DNA of 64,000 bases from Spirochaetia bacterium (GTDB taxonomy: Bacteria; Spirochaetota; Spirochaetia; SP-2023), in assembly GCA_965263295.1 (NCBI GenBank), contig OZ253665.1, forward strand, positions 1 through 64,000, given 5' to 3'. Shown piece by piece: positions 52,229 through 62,043 of the stretch; position 1 is the stretch's first letter; the number at the start of each line of letters is the position of its first letter. The notes under the pieces are model-generated. The model saw only the letters and a program-made list of their open reading frames with translations. It was not told the origin of the DNA and made no database searches. A program made the translations under genes and the position numbers.

Positions 52229-54247
52229 ATGGATTCTAAAAGAATTGTTGAAAAAATTCGTTCTGGTGTCTCAGGCCTCCATATACAGTCTGGCGATTAC
52301 AAACGTGTCGATAAAGTGATTGGATCAATCGCCACCGAATTAGATTTTAGGGTCTCCGAGTGGAATAGGGGATACGGGTGGGTCGATTTTAAGACCAAGC
52401 AGCCGCGCGATTCTAATGCCGAGGTATGCCTTTATAAAGACTTGCAAGCCATTGCCGATGACGACCCCTCTACCCCTAGGGGAAAAATTTATGTCATTCA
52501 AGATGCCCGCTCCGCGTTGGAAAACAGCCCTGGGGCTCCCGAACGTCTGAAACGGGAATTATTGCGACTCCAGACTCATTTCGGGGGGCATGCAGCGATT
52601 CTTCTGGTCGCCAAAGAAGGCATTAGTTTTCCAGCATTTTCCGATCTGATCAAGACCTTTCCTTGCCCCCCGCTCGCATCTGATGAGGTCAAAGCAATTC
52701 TGACTGCATTTCAGGCCGAGAACGATATTTCAATGGCTCCTGCGGTAAAAAACAAACTCATATCCACCTGCTCGGGCATGGAAGAGTATATGGTGCTTCA
52801 GGTCCTGAAAATTTTAAAGAACAACCATGGCCAGTCCTTCGCCGAAGGAGCGGTAGATGATGCTGTAAATCAAAAAAAGTCCTTCCTGTCACAGTCCGGG
52901 CTGCTTGAGCTGATTGATGCGCCAATCAACATGGCTGGAATTGGCGGTTTGGGCCGGTTTAAAAGGTGGTTGCGGGACAAGAAGAAGCCCATCATGGATG
53001 ATTTGTCCCAGGCACAAGAATATGGCATCGCCGCCCCGAAAGGCGTCCTGTTGGCCGGTATGCCCGGATGCGGGAAATCAATGAGTGCCAAGGCTGCGGC
53101 GTCACTATTCAATGTCCCCCTGCTGCGCTTGGACGTTGGATCTGTAATGGGAAAATTTGTCGGCGAAAGTGAAGCCAACATGAAGGCGGCACTTCAAGTG
53201 GCAGAAACAGCGAGCCCCTGTGTGTTATGGATGGATGAACTTGAGAAGGCCTTTGCCGGGGTCAATAGTTCTGGCGGCAGCACGGAGATAACCACGCGAC
53301 TTTTTGGTTATTTTCTGACGTGGATGCAGGAGAAGCCGGGAGCCGTCTTTGTGGTGGCCACAGTGAATGATCTTAGCTCTACACCTCCTGAATTATTGAG
53401 GCGTGGGCGTTTTGATGAGATTTTTTATATTGATCTGCCTGCTGAGTTTGAGCGTGAGGAGATTTTTGAATTAAAGATTAAGGGACTATCCACCAAATCT
53501 AAAGCTGCTGTCAACGTTTCCCAAAACCTGGATTTTGCCGCATTGGCCGAAAACAGCGAAGGTTTCTCCGGGGCGGATATTGAACAAGTTATCCAAGGTG
53601 CCTTGACAGACCTGTTTCTGCAGCGTAATTCATCGGAGGAAAATCTAGAGTTGACCCAGGCGGATCTCGCGCGACACATTCAGTCGACCACCCCGATGAG
53701 CGTGGCTCTCAAAGACAAGGTTCAAAGCGACAGAAAAAATTTTGAGGGTTATAAACTTGAAAATGCTTCATTTTCGGAGGAAGAGCACCGTAAATTTCAG
53801 TCCACCCAACCCATGGGTGTGGTTGTCAAAGACAAGATTCAAATTGGCAAAGAACAGTCTGAGCAATATAAAGAACAGCCTAAGCAATATAAAATTAAAA
53901 GGTTTGAAGAAACATTTAGAGAATTTTACATGTCTTACCAACATCTAATATTTAACCGTAATCGCCTAAAATTTTATTCAAATTTAAGCGATAACGAACG
54001 TGAAGAATATAAAGAAGACTTTGAAGGATATAAAGAAGACTTTGAAGAATATAAAGAACACTTTGAAAAATTCAAGAACATTAGATACTTAGATAGTTTT
54101 TTTACAAGAAAATATGAAAGATTTTTGGAAGGCTTTCAAAAATTGAAAAGAACTGAATTATTTAAATCAGAAAATTTTAAAGAATTATTTGAAGAGCTTG
54201 AAGAAATATTTACCATCTTGGGTGATATATATGCTATTGTGAGCTAA
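52229..54247 (+). CDS. AAA+ ATPase, Ycf46-like
   Basis: IGGLGRFKRWL, PKGVLLAGMPGCGKS, VLWMDELEKAF, PPELLRRGRFDEIFYIDLP, GFSGADIE. Confidence 0.92.
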   Translation: MDSKRIVEKIRSGVSGLHIQSGDYKRVDKVIGSIATELDFRVSEWNRGYGWVDFKTKQPRDSNAEVCLYKDLQAIADDDPSTPRGKIYVIQDARSALENSPGAPERLKRELLRLQTHFGGHAAILLVAKEGISFPAFSDLIKTFPCPPLASDEVKAILTAFQAENDISMAPAVKNKLISTCSGMEEYMVLQVLKILKNNHGQSFAEGAVDDAVNQKKSFLSQSGLLELIDAPINMAGIGGLGRFKRWLRDKKKPIMDDLSQAQEYGIAAPKGVLLAGMPGCGKSMSAKAAASLFNVPLLRLDVGSVMGKFVGESEANMKAALQVAETASPCVLWMDELEKAFAGVNSSGGSTEITTRLFGYFLTWMQEKPGAVFVVATVNDLSSTPPELLRRGRFDEIFYIDLPAEFEREEIFELKIKGLSTKSKAAVNVSQNLDFAALAENSEGFSGADIEQVIQGALTDLFLQRNSSEENLELTQADLARHIQSTTPMSVALKDKVQSDRKNFEGYKLENASFSEEEHRKFQSTQPMGVVVKDKIQIGKEQSEQYKEQPKQYKIKRFEETFREFYMSYQHLIFNRNRLKFYSNLSDNEREEYKEDFEGYKEDFEEYKEHFEKFKNIRYLDSFFTRKYERFLEGFQKLKRTELFKSENFKELFEELEEIFTILGDIYAIVS

Positions 54248-54324
54248 TATTTTGAGAGGTATTAGGAACAGGAAATCCTTATGCCGGAATCCGCGCTGCG
54301 GAAATACCCGTGCCGGTGGCTTGA

Positions 54325-54335
54325 GGGGGGGGGGG
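54325..54335. repeat. G11 homopolymer
   Basis: Directly visible, 153 bp upstream of the ATG at 54488. Confidence 0.9.
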
Positions 54336-54487
54336 CTGGATTTCAAGGGACTGCGGCTCCCCAACAAGACCGCGATTACAAATACCTTGCGGCCCGGCGG
54401 CCAAATTTTGAATATAGGGGATTGTCGCTTTTTTCTTTGGGCACGGGAAAGCGTTACACGAGTGGGCGACGATACAGGAGATTTAGC

Positions 54488-55579
54488 ATGGGAAAAGACA
54501 AAAACATTTCCATAAAGTTAAGAAAAATATCCATTGAGAACTACAAAGGCATTGATTCCTTCTCAATGGATTTTCCGGTGCCTAAGCTGCCTGGAGACCC
54601 TGATATACTGATTATGGGAAGTGAAAATGGTTTAGGGAAAACATCGATTATTGAGTGCTGCGCTCTTCTTTTGATGTGTCTGAGTATAAAGGAAAAAACT
54701 TTTGAGTTGAGGGATAGGTATCTTCCAATTGATGTCCCAGATCTGCTCATTAGGGCGGGAAGCAATGCCGCTGGGATAACGGGTGATATCGTTATTGATG
54801 ACAAAATTATAAAGATTGGGATATCAATTGATCGAGATGGGGTGGTCAAAATAAATAAAAATATCCCAAAATCGAAATCTTCTGAGACTTCTCTCATTGA
54901 TGAAGATAGTGATGTTGAGGAATTGCTGAAAGTGATCTGTGGCTTTTCGCTCAACCCGGTTATTGAGAATTCATTTCTGCTTTTCCACAGCTACCGTAAA
55001 GTTCAGGAAGGTAACCCTGAGTTGGGCATGATGGTCAGTGACACTGAGTCTAGAAAAATGCGTAGAATGCTGGCATACCGTCGTATGGAAATGCCTTTGA
55101 GTAAATTTAAAATTCTTTTTCTTCGCTCATTGATGAACCGAGCTGATCTCTTTGAATTTTCCGAGGAAAAAGAATCGAAGGAAACCATCGATAAATTGAA
55201 CGAGTTGGTGGAATTCTACGCTGGCGGAAGAATCAGCAAGTTGCGACCGTCGCCAGAAAATACGTTGGATTTTAGAATTAAACTTGGTAATGCCAGTCAC
55301 TCCGTTACATTTGATGGACTCAGCTCCGGCCAGAAGGAGATTATTTCAACACTATTTCTTATTTGGTATCAAACCAAGAACAAACATTCGGTCGTGTTTA
55401 TTGATGAACCCGAGCTGCACCTGAATGCTCAGTGGCACAGAAATTTTGTAAACATGCTGATTAAGCTGGCACCTGAAAATCAGTATGTTTTTGCTACGCA
55501 TTCCGAAGATATTATGGATTCTGTTGCAGAGAATTGCCGTATTATCCTCGTGAAAGATAAGGGGAACAGCAATGCTTAA
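54488..55579 (+). CDS. ABC-type (AAA_15/AAA_21) ATPase of OLD/AbiEii-like defence modules
   Basis: ISIENYKGI, GSENGLGKTS, LSSGQKE, VFIDEPELHL, ATHS; ATG at 54488 after AGGAG. Confidence 0.88.
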   Translation: MGKDKNISIKLRKISIENYKGIDSFSMDFPVPKLPGDPDILIMGSENGLGKTSIIECCALLLMCLSIKEKTFELRDRYLPIDVPDLLIRAGSNAAGITGDIVIDDKIIKIGISIDRDGVVKINKNIPKSKSSETSLIDEDSDVEELLKVICGFSLNPVIENSFLLFHSYRKVQEGNPELGMMVSDTESRKMRRMLAYRRMEMPLSKFKILFLRSLMNRADLFEFSEEKESKETIDKLNELVEFYAGGRISKLRPSPENTLDFRIKLGNASHSVTFDGLSSGQKEIISTLFLIWYQTKNKHSVVFIDEPELHLNAQWHRNFVNMLIKLAPENQYVFATHSEDIMDSVAENCRIILVKDKGNSNA

Positions 55580-56476
55580 GGCAAGAAACCCATTTCTCCT
55601 GAAGAGGTTTGTTTTGCCAGTCAGCACGTATTGTTTGTAGAGGGGGACGAAAAATCTTTTGATTGTAAGGTGCTGGAAGAGCTTTTTGACCGTAAACTCC
55701 GCATTGAACCTCTTGGGGCATCTTTTTCTGTTAAAAGCGTGGCACAAGCCTTATCTACTTACCACCCGTCTTATTATTTCCTGATTGATAGAGACCATCA
55801 GAAAGATGAAGATGTCGAGAAATGTTGGAAAAATTTTCCCAATCTAGATACGTACAACCTTCTTGTCTGGAAGCGTAGAGAAATCGAGAACTATTTTTTG
55901 GAACCAGATTATCTCTCTGAATCGCAATATTGTGAGGTCTCAAAAGAAGAGCTGAAACAAAAGATTCTTAAATTTTCAAAGGCCAGAATATTTCTGGATG
56001 CTGCCAACCATGTTCTTATTTCCATCAGAGAAGAATTGAAACAGACTTGGATTAAAAAGTTTAAAAATCCCCATGATTTTTCGAGCAAAAAAGCCGCATG
56101 GAAAAAACTGAAAGATGCCAGTGAATTTGAACAACACGTTGCGGATGTACACCGACAGGTTTCGCTTGATGAACGTAAAAAAAGATTCGATCAGTACCTT
56201 GATCACATGACCGGTGGACAGTGTCAAATATCCTTTGGGACTGGATCATGGCTAAGCCTGATTCAGGGAAAAGAGGTTTTAAACCAAATTATCAATTCGG
56301 AATGTTTTAAGGTTAAGGCTAACGACGGTACTCAATTAGACGGTAAAGATAAAAAGAAGACTGTCATCCAGGACCTTCTTAAGAAAGATGAGAGTATCCT
56401 TCCTTCTGACTTTAATGAGCTAAAAAAACTGATTAATATTAAAGTAAACGGTGGAATTAAACGAACAAGTCTATGA
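55580..56476 (+). CDS. TOPRIM/DUF4435-like protein, start ambiguous
   Basis: LFVEG, LIDRD, REIENY motifs; frame open from 55580; ATG at 55572 is out of frame by 1 nt. Confidence 0.75.
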   Translation, partial: GKKPISPEEVCFASQHVLFVEGDEKSFDCKVLEELFDRKLRIEPLGASFSVKSVAQALSTYHPSYYFLIDRDHQKDEDVEKCWKNFPNLDTYNLLVWKRREIENYFLEPDYLSESQYCEVSKEELKQKILKFSKARIFLDAANHVLISIREELKQTWIKKFKNPHDFSSKKAAWKKLKDASEFEQHVADVHRQVSLDERKKRFDQYLDHMTGGQCQISFGTGSWLSLIQGKEVLNQIINSECFKVKANDGTQLDGKDKKKTVIQDLLKKDESILPSDFNELKKLINIKVNGGIKRTSL

Positions 56477-56530
56477 CTACGTCATCACCGATTCGAAAAC
56501 CGAACGCCGCTTTGTTCAGGCGCTCGACAA
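56460..56530 (+). pseudogene. Short fragment resembling a type III restriction (Res) C-terminus
   Basis: QVYDYVITDSKTERRFVQALD. Confidence 0.5.
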
Positions 56531-56739
56531 CTTTTCTGGGGCAGCCCTGTCCACAGTCGGTTCTGCAATTGACCGCAGACGCACGCTGATTGGTCAGCTG
56601 CAGGAACTTCGTTTCAATTCCTCTGAAGGACTCCCAGCCGCCAAACGCATCCTGCCATTCACACCACGGGGCATTCTGTCTCGGGTGCTCTTCCAAAAAT
56701 TGCCACAGCCGGGTTTCACTCACCGTCGTCCTCCGCGCC

Positions 56740-57365
56740 GGAAATAACAAATCCACGGCGAATCAGCCACTCTTCCAGAATTTCGGCATCATCATCGGCA
56801 CTCACAACGGCACCATCTACAACGCCGATTACCTGTTCCGCAGGCCCGGCCTGCCGCGCTATGCCGAGGTGGACAGCGAGCTGTTTTTCCGGCTGGCCGA
56901 CCGCTTTGCACCCGACGGAACCATCGACGGCAGAGGCTTCCGCAAAGCCCTGCGCCTGTATCGCGGCCAAATGAGCGCCGTGTTGGCCTCACGACTCGAT
57001 CCCGTGGCCATCACCGTCATCAAGGGGAACAAACCGCTGTCGCTGCGTTACAGCCGCAAACACCGGGCGGTGCTCTACGCCTCGGAACCGGAATATATTG
57101 ATTGGGGATTGCAGATTGGCGATTGCGGATTTGAAGACATAGCTGCAGTCCGAAGCTCACACGCCCAAACCGCCCATTCTAAAAATCCACAGTCCGAAAT
57201 CCAAAATCCGATCTGGATGACCTGCGTGGCTGGCGCGAGCTGGAAATTCCGCCGCTCACCATCCTGACTTTCCGCCATGAAGCCCTCAAGGAATGGCAGA
57301 GCCATCCCTTCAGATTTGTCTGTCAGGAACGTAAAGGAACCTTACCCGAAGAAGTGAAAGCATGA
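56740..57365 (+). pseudogene. Class II glutamine amidotransferase-like gene, 5'-truncated and interrupted
   Basis: IIGTHNGTIYNAD, AEVDSE, KGNKPL, LYASE; C-terminus LDDLRGWRELEIPP...EVKA* resumes at 57213 in another frame. Confidence 0.75.
57100..57213. repeat. Inverted heptamer-repeat hairpin element
   Basis: GATTGGG GATTGCA GATTGGC GATTGCG GATT ... AATCCAC AGTCCGA AATCCAA AATCCGA. Confidence 0.8.
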
Positions 57366-57781
57366 AAAACAACGACAACCAACTCCGGCTTTTTGTCTAT
57401 GGAACCCTGAAAAAGGGATTCTGGAACTTTGACCGGTTCTGCACCCGGGCCATCAGTATTGAACCAGCCACCACTTGGGGAAGACTCTACCAGCTGCCCG
57501 CCGGATTCCCCGCCTTGGAAGTCCCGGAGCGCTCAATAATAGCCACCGGTATCGCCGATCCGCTGGCCGCTGGCCGATACCCGAACCCAGAACACCATCG
57601 AGCTACCCCAAAATGGAATGACCCGCCCGGAAGGCGATTGCGATCTGGTCCACGGGGAACTAATGACCTTCGCCAATCCCGGCTTCGACCTGCCGCCTAT
57701 CGATCGGTGGACATACCATGGCTTCGACCATATCCTCCGAGGCAGTTTGCGCCTTCCCGATGGGTACTGGGATGGCAATAA
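57362..57781 (+). pseudogene. Gamma-glutamylcyclotransferase, frameshifted and truncated
   Basis: LFVYGTLKKGFWN, GRLYQLPAGFPAL; the continuation DLVHGELMTFANPGFDLPPIDR lies in another frame. Confidence 0.8.
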
Positions 57782-57953
57782 ATTCGGCTAAACTCGGTTA
57801 AATCAGGAAAGAAAACTTGATTTTTTCATTTCATCTATATATCTTTATCCCTGTTTAACCTAATGTAGCCGGATTGTGCCGCTATGGGATGCCGTCCGGT
57901 TAAATAACTTGACGAGCCGTTTGGACGGCTCTCAAAGAATGATGGAGTCGAAA

Positions 57954-58202
57954 ATGGAAGACAGATGGTTGTCCGTAGATGAAATTGGAGACTATCTCGG
58001 GATCAAGCGAGATACCGTCTATAAGTGGATAAGCGAGAAAGGCATGCCCGCTCATAAAATCGGTCGTCTTTGGAAATTCAAAAAGGAACAGATCGATGCA
58101 TGGGTGGAAGCTGGCGGCGCAGCAACAGGAACAACAGAAGATCAGGCAGAGACGATGCCGGTGAAAAAGAATTTAAAGCAGTCTGGAGGCGATAATGAGT
58201 AA
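57954..58202 (+). CDS. Excisionase-like HTH (HTH_17) protein
   Basis: [26 protein letters not shown]...[11 protein letters not shown]. Confidence 0.9.
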   Translation: MEDRWLSVDEIGDYLGIKRDTVYKWISEKGMPAHKIGRLWKFKKEQIDAWVEAGGAATGTTEDQAETMPVKKNLKQSGGDNE

Positions 58203-59829
58203 CAACAACACCGGTGCAAATCTCGGATTTGAAGATAAACTTTGGATGGCGGCTGACAAGCTGCGCGGCACAATGGACTCCGCAGAGTACAAACATGTGG
58301 TGCTCGGTCTGATCTTTTTGAAATATATCTCCGACTCTTTTCTCGAAAAATACGAAGCATTGCAGGCTGAAGAATTCGCTGATCCGGAAGACCGTGATGA
58401 ATATCTGGCGGACAACGTGTTCTGGGTTCCTACGGAAGCTCGCTGGAGCTTCTTGCAAGGCAAGGCCAAAGACCCGAAGATCGGCCAGCTGATCGATGAG
58501 GCCATGATGGCTATTGAGCGGGACAACAAAACGCTCAAAGGCGTTCTGCCTAAAGACTATGCTCGGCCTGCGCTCGATAAATCCCGCCTTGGACAATTGA
58601 TAGATTTGATTGCCACTATCGGCCTTGGTGATGCCGAGAGCAGAAAGAAAGATATTCTGGGTCGTGTGTATGAATACTTTCTCGCCAAGTTTGCTGAAAA
58701 AGAAGGCAAAGGCGGTGGTGAATTCTATACGCCGCAGTGTGTGGTAAAGCTGTTGGTTGAAATGCTGGAGCCTTACAGCGGCCGAGTCTATGACCCGTGC
58801 TGCGGTTCAGGCGGTATGTTTGTTCAGGCCATTAAGTTTGTACAGGCCCATTCCAACGGAAACGGCAATGGTAACGGTGTTCCCAATGGCGTGAAGCGGG
58901 ATATCGCCATTTACGGGCAGGAATCCAACTACACTACCTTCCGTCTGGCCAAGATGAATATGGCCATTCGCGGCATTGATGCCCACATCGAATGGGCTGA
59001 TACGTTCCAGAACGACAAACACAAGGATCTCAAAGCCGACTACATCATTGCCAATCCGCCGTTCAATGATGAGGACTGGGGATTCTCCAAGGTAAAAGAA
59101 GATGTCCGCTGGGCATTCGGCACCCCTCCAGCAGGCGGCCCCCGTAAGCAGAAGGACGGCTCAACCATCAACGTGGATGGTGGCAACGCCAACTATGCGT
59201 GGATTCAACATTTTGTTCACCACCTTAGCCCCGGAGGAACAGCCGGTTTTGTTCTGGCCAACGGCTCCATGTCCACAAACACTTCCGGCGAAGGTGAAAT
59301 CCGCCAGAAACTGATCGAAGCCGACATGGTCGATTGCATGATCGCGCTGCCCGGCCAGCTCTTCTACACCACGCAGATTCCGGTATGCCTCTGGTTCATG
59401 ACCCGCTCCAAGAAAGTCGATGCCAAACGCGGATATCGCGACCGGCAAGGTGAAACCCTCTTTATCGACGCTCGTAAAATGGGTTCATTGATCGACCGGA
59501 CACATCGCGAACTTTCTTCTGACGGCCCGGAGAGTGAAATTGCTGAAATCGCTCGCACCTACCACGCTTGGCGTGGTGAGAAAAAAGACGGCGACTATGA
59601 AGATAAGCCAGGTTTCTGTAAATCCGCCACTTTGGATGATATTAAGTCCCATCACTATGTACTGACTCCCGGCCGTTATGTCGGAGCAGAAGCCATTGTG
59701 GATGACGGGATTCCTTTTGAAGAAAAAATAGCTGAGCTTTCCGACACCCTTTACGAGCAGATGCGAGAATCCATTGAACTGGATGCGGTGATTCGAAAGA
59801 ATCTGGAGGTGCTGGGCTATGGAGAATAA
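58195..59829 (+). CDS. hsdM: Type I restriction-modification methyltransferase subunit
   Basis: [40 protein letters not shown]. Confidence 0.96.
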   Translation: MSNNNTGANLGFEDKLWMAADKLRGTMDSAEYKHVVLGLIFLKYISDSFLEKYEALQAEEFADPEDRDEYLADNVFWVPTEARWSFLQGKAKDPKIGQLIDEAMMAIERDNKTLKGVLPKDYARPALDKSRLGQLIDLIATIGLGDAESRKKDILGRVYEYFLAKFAEKEGKGGGEFYTPQCVVKLLVEMLEPYSGRVYDPCCGSGGMFVQAIKFVQAHSNGNGNGNGVPNGVKRDIAIYGQESNYTTFRLAKMNMAIRGIDAHIEWADTFQNDKHKDLKADYIIANPPFNDEDWGFSKVKEDVRWAFGTPPAGGPRKQKDGSTINVDGGNANYAWIQHFVHHLSPGGTAGFVLANGSMSTNTSGEGEIRQKLIEADMVDCMIALPGQLFYTTQIPVCLWFMTRSKKVDAKRGYRDRQGETLFIDARKMGSLIDRTHRELSSDGPESEIAEIARTYHAWRGEKKDGDYEDKPGFCKSATLDDIKSHHYVLTPGRYVGAEAIVDDGIPFEEKIAELSDTLYEQMRESIELDAVIRKNLEVLGYGE

Positions 59830-61702
59830 TTGGTCGCCAGTTTCCTTTTCTGATGCTGTTAATCTGAACCCTACGGTGAAATTAACAAAGGGTGAGGAAT
59901 ATCCTTTTGTTGACATGAAATCGGTTGATCCAGCTTGGCGTGAAGTCACTTTTAGCGAGCTACGCGCTTTTAAAAGCGGTGGCGCAAAATTTATTCCCAA
60001 AGACACTTTAATGGCACGGATTACTCCATGCCTTGAGAATGGAAAGATTGCTCGCTATCTCCCAGCAGGGAAGAAGGGTGAAGCTTTCGGCTCAACTGAG
60101 TTCATTGTCATTCGCGGCAAAGATGGTGTAACGGATAATGACTTTGCTTATTACTTAACCATGTGGCCGGAATTTAGAGATTTTGCTATCTCCCAAATGA
60201 CAGGGAGTTCCGGAAGACAGAGAGTACCTGTTGATTCGTTGGCAGGTTTTAATTTCAACCTTCCCCCCCTTACCGAACAAAGAGCCATTGCCCATGTTCT
60301 CGGTTCACTGGATGACAAGATCAAACTGAACCGGCGGATGAATGAAACGCTGGAGGCGATGGCGCAGGTGCTGTTTAAAAGCTGGTTTATTGATTTTGAC
60401 CCAGCATTGGATAATGCGATATTAGCCGGTAATCCGATCCCTGATGCACTTGAAGAAAGAGCAGAGATACGACGGGCTATACTGGCTCAAAATCAACCCT
60501 CACCGCCAGCCCCTCTCCCAGAGGTAGAGGGGAGTAATGCTTTGTGCCCTCATCCTCAGTCCTTTTCTCAGAGTGAGAAGGATGCAAATTATAGGGGTGG
60601 GTTTGATTTTTCAGGCTTAGCAGACACTGCCCGAGAATTGAGACAGAAACAAACTCCTGCTGAAAAGGTGATGTGGTCAATGCTTCGTAACCGAAATTTC
60701 ATGGGGCTGAAATTTAGGCGGCAGCATCAGATTGGCGAATACATCGCCGACTTCTACTGCCACGAAGAAAAACTGGTTGTCGAATTGGACGGAAAAATCC
60801 ATGAACAGAAAATCGCAAAAGACCAGAAGCGCAATGCCTATATGCAATCCATAGGGTTAATCGTTTTACGTTTTACAAACGAACAATTCCTCTCGGATCC
60901 AGAAGTCGTGCTAAACGATATTGCCAACGTTTTACAGAAAGAAAAAAGCGAGAAATTGCAGGATCACAATAGCTCCTCTCCCACTGGGAGAGGCGGGAGT
61001 GAGGGATTTTCGGATTCCATCCGAAAATTATTCCCCTCCGAATTTGAACACACCGAAGAAATGGGCTGGATTCCGAAGGAGTGGACCACACAACCTCTGT
61101 ATGAAATAGCAAACTTCATTAATGGTGCTGCTTATAAAAATTTCCATTTCACTGATGAACCGGGGGCACTGCCTGTGGTGAAAATTGCTGAAATCAAGAA
61201 TGGTGTGTCTGCTCAGACTAAGTTCACCAAAACAGAGCTTGCAGATAAATATCGAATTGATGACGGTGACATTCTTTTCTCGTGGTCTGGAAATCCAGAT
61301 ACTTCTATTGATACCTTCGTGTGGACTGGTGGCCCAGGGTGGCTGAATCAACACATTTTCAATGTCTCATTGAACGATGATGCTGATAGAAATTTTGTTT
61401 ACTATCAACTCAAGCTTTTGAGGCCAGATTTTGCAGAAATCGCACGCAACAAGCAGACGACAGGTTTAGGCCATGTAACAGCTCAAGATATGAAGAGAAT
61501 GCACGTCACCAAATGCCCATCTTCAATCTTGCAGGCTTTTAACACTTATGCTGGCTCGCTATTCGATAGATGGTATTCAAACTTATTGGCTATCAAGAAT
61601 AAATCCAAGCTTCGCGACACCCTTCTCCCCAAACTTTTATCCGGCGAGATACGGATACCCGAAGCGGAAAAGCTGATAAAAAGTGTGAATGGTGAAGGGT
61701 AA
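59819..61702 (+). CDS. hsdS: Type I restriction-modification specificity subunit with in-frame DUF559 insertion
   Basis: [42 protein letters not shown]; internal [12 protein letters not shown]...[17 protein letters not shown]...VELDG..H. Confidence 0.93.
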   Translation: MENNWSPVSFSDAVNLNPTVKLTKGEEYPFVDMKSVDPAWREVTFSELRAFKSGGAKFIPKDTLMARITPCLENGKIARYLPAGKKGEAFGSTEFIVIRGKDGVTDNDFAYYLTMWPEFRDFAISQMTGSSGRQRVPVDSLAGFNFNLPPLTEQRAIAHVLGSLDDKIKLNRRMNETLEAMAQVLFKSWFIDFDPALDNAILAGNPIPDALEERAEIRRAILAQNQPSPPAPLPEVEGSNALCPHPQSFSQSEKDANYRGGFDFSGLADTARELRQKQTPAEKVMWSMLRNRNFMGLKFRRQHQIGEYIADFYCHEEKLVVELDGKIHEQKIAKDQKRNAYMQSIGLIVLRFTNEQFLSDPEVVLNDIANVLQKEKSEKLQDHNSSSPTGRGGSEGFSDSIRKLFPSEFEHTEEMGWIPKEWTTQPLYEIANFINGAAYKNFHFTDEPGALPVVKIAEIKNGVSAQTKFTKTELADKYRIDDGDILFSWSGNPDTSIDTFVWTGGPGWLNQHIFNVSLNDDADRNFVYYQLKLLRPDFAEIARNKQTTGLGHVTAQDMKRMHVTKCPSSILQAFNTYAGSLFDRWYSNLLAIKNKSKLRDTLLPKLLSGEIRIPEAEKLIKSVNGEG

Positions 61703-61713
61703 AGGGTGAAAAT

Positions 61714-62043
61714 ATGAAGCGAGATTTACCAGACAGAACCAAAGAGTTTGCCTTGCGGGTTATCCGCCTTTGTCAGGTTTTGGATGAAAAGCCGGGTATT
61801 AACCGAGCACTTGCGAAACAGTTATTACGCTCTGGAACATCTATTGGAGCGAATGTCGCAGAAATGGGTGAAATTGACAGTGCATCTTTCTCATTTCGTT
61901 ACGATGGCGATTGGAGTAAGGGTGAATACTGGATCGGCTATGATAACCTGAAAAACGATTTTAACTGGTTTTTTGACGGGCTAGAAAAAGCCTATCATCT
62001 GGTTTTAAAAAATCAGGGAAAACAGACAGGGGTGAAGCAATGA
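61714..62043 (+). pseudogene. Four-helix-bundle (23S rRNA IVP-like) N-terminus fused to an unrelated fragment
   Basis: RTKEFALRVIRL...QLLRSGTSIGANVAE, then non-family sequence; heptamer repeats at 61685-61712. Confidence 0.7.

Noticed and set aside
54281..54487. 69-aa N-terminal extension of the ABC-ATPase
   Set aside because: Family-like sequence starts at the ATG at 54488, which has an RBS; the extension looks non-coding.
61714..62043. Avd of a diversity-generating retroelement
   Set aside because: Related fold, but no reverse transcriptase or TR/VR pair in the window, and the gene is truncated.
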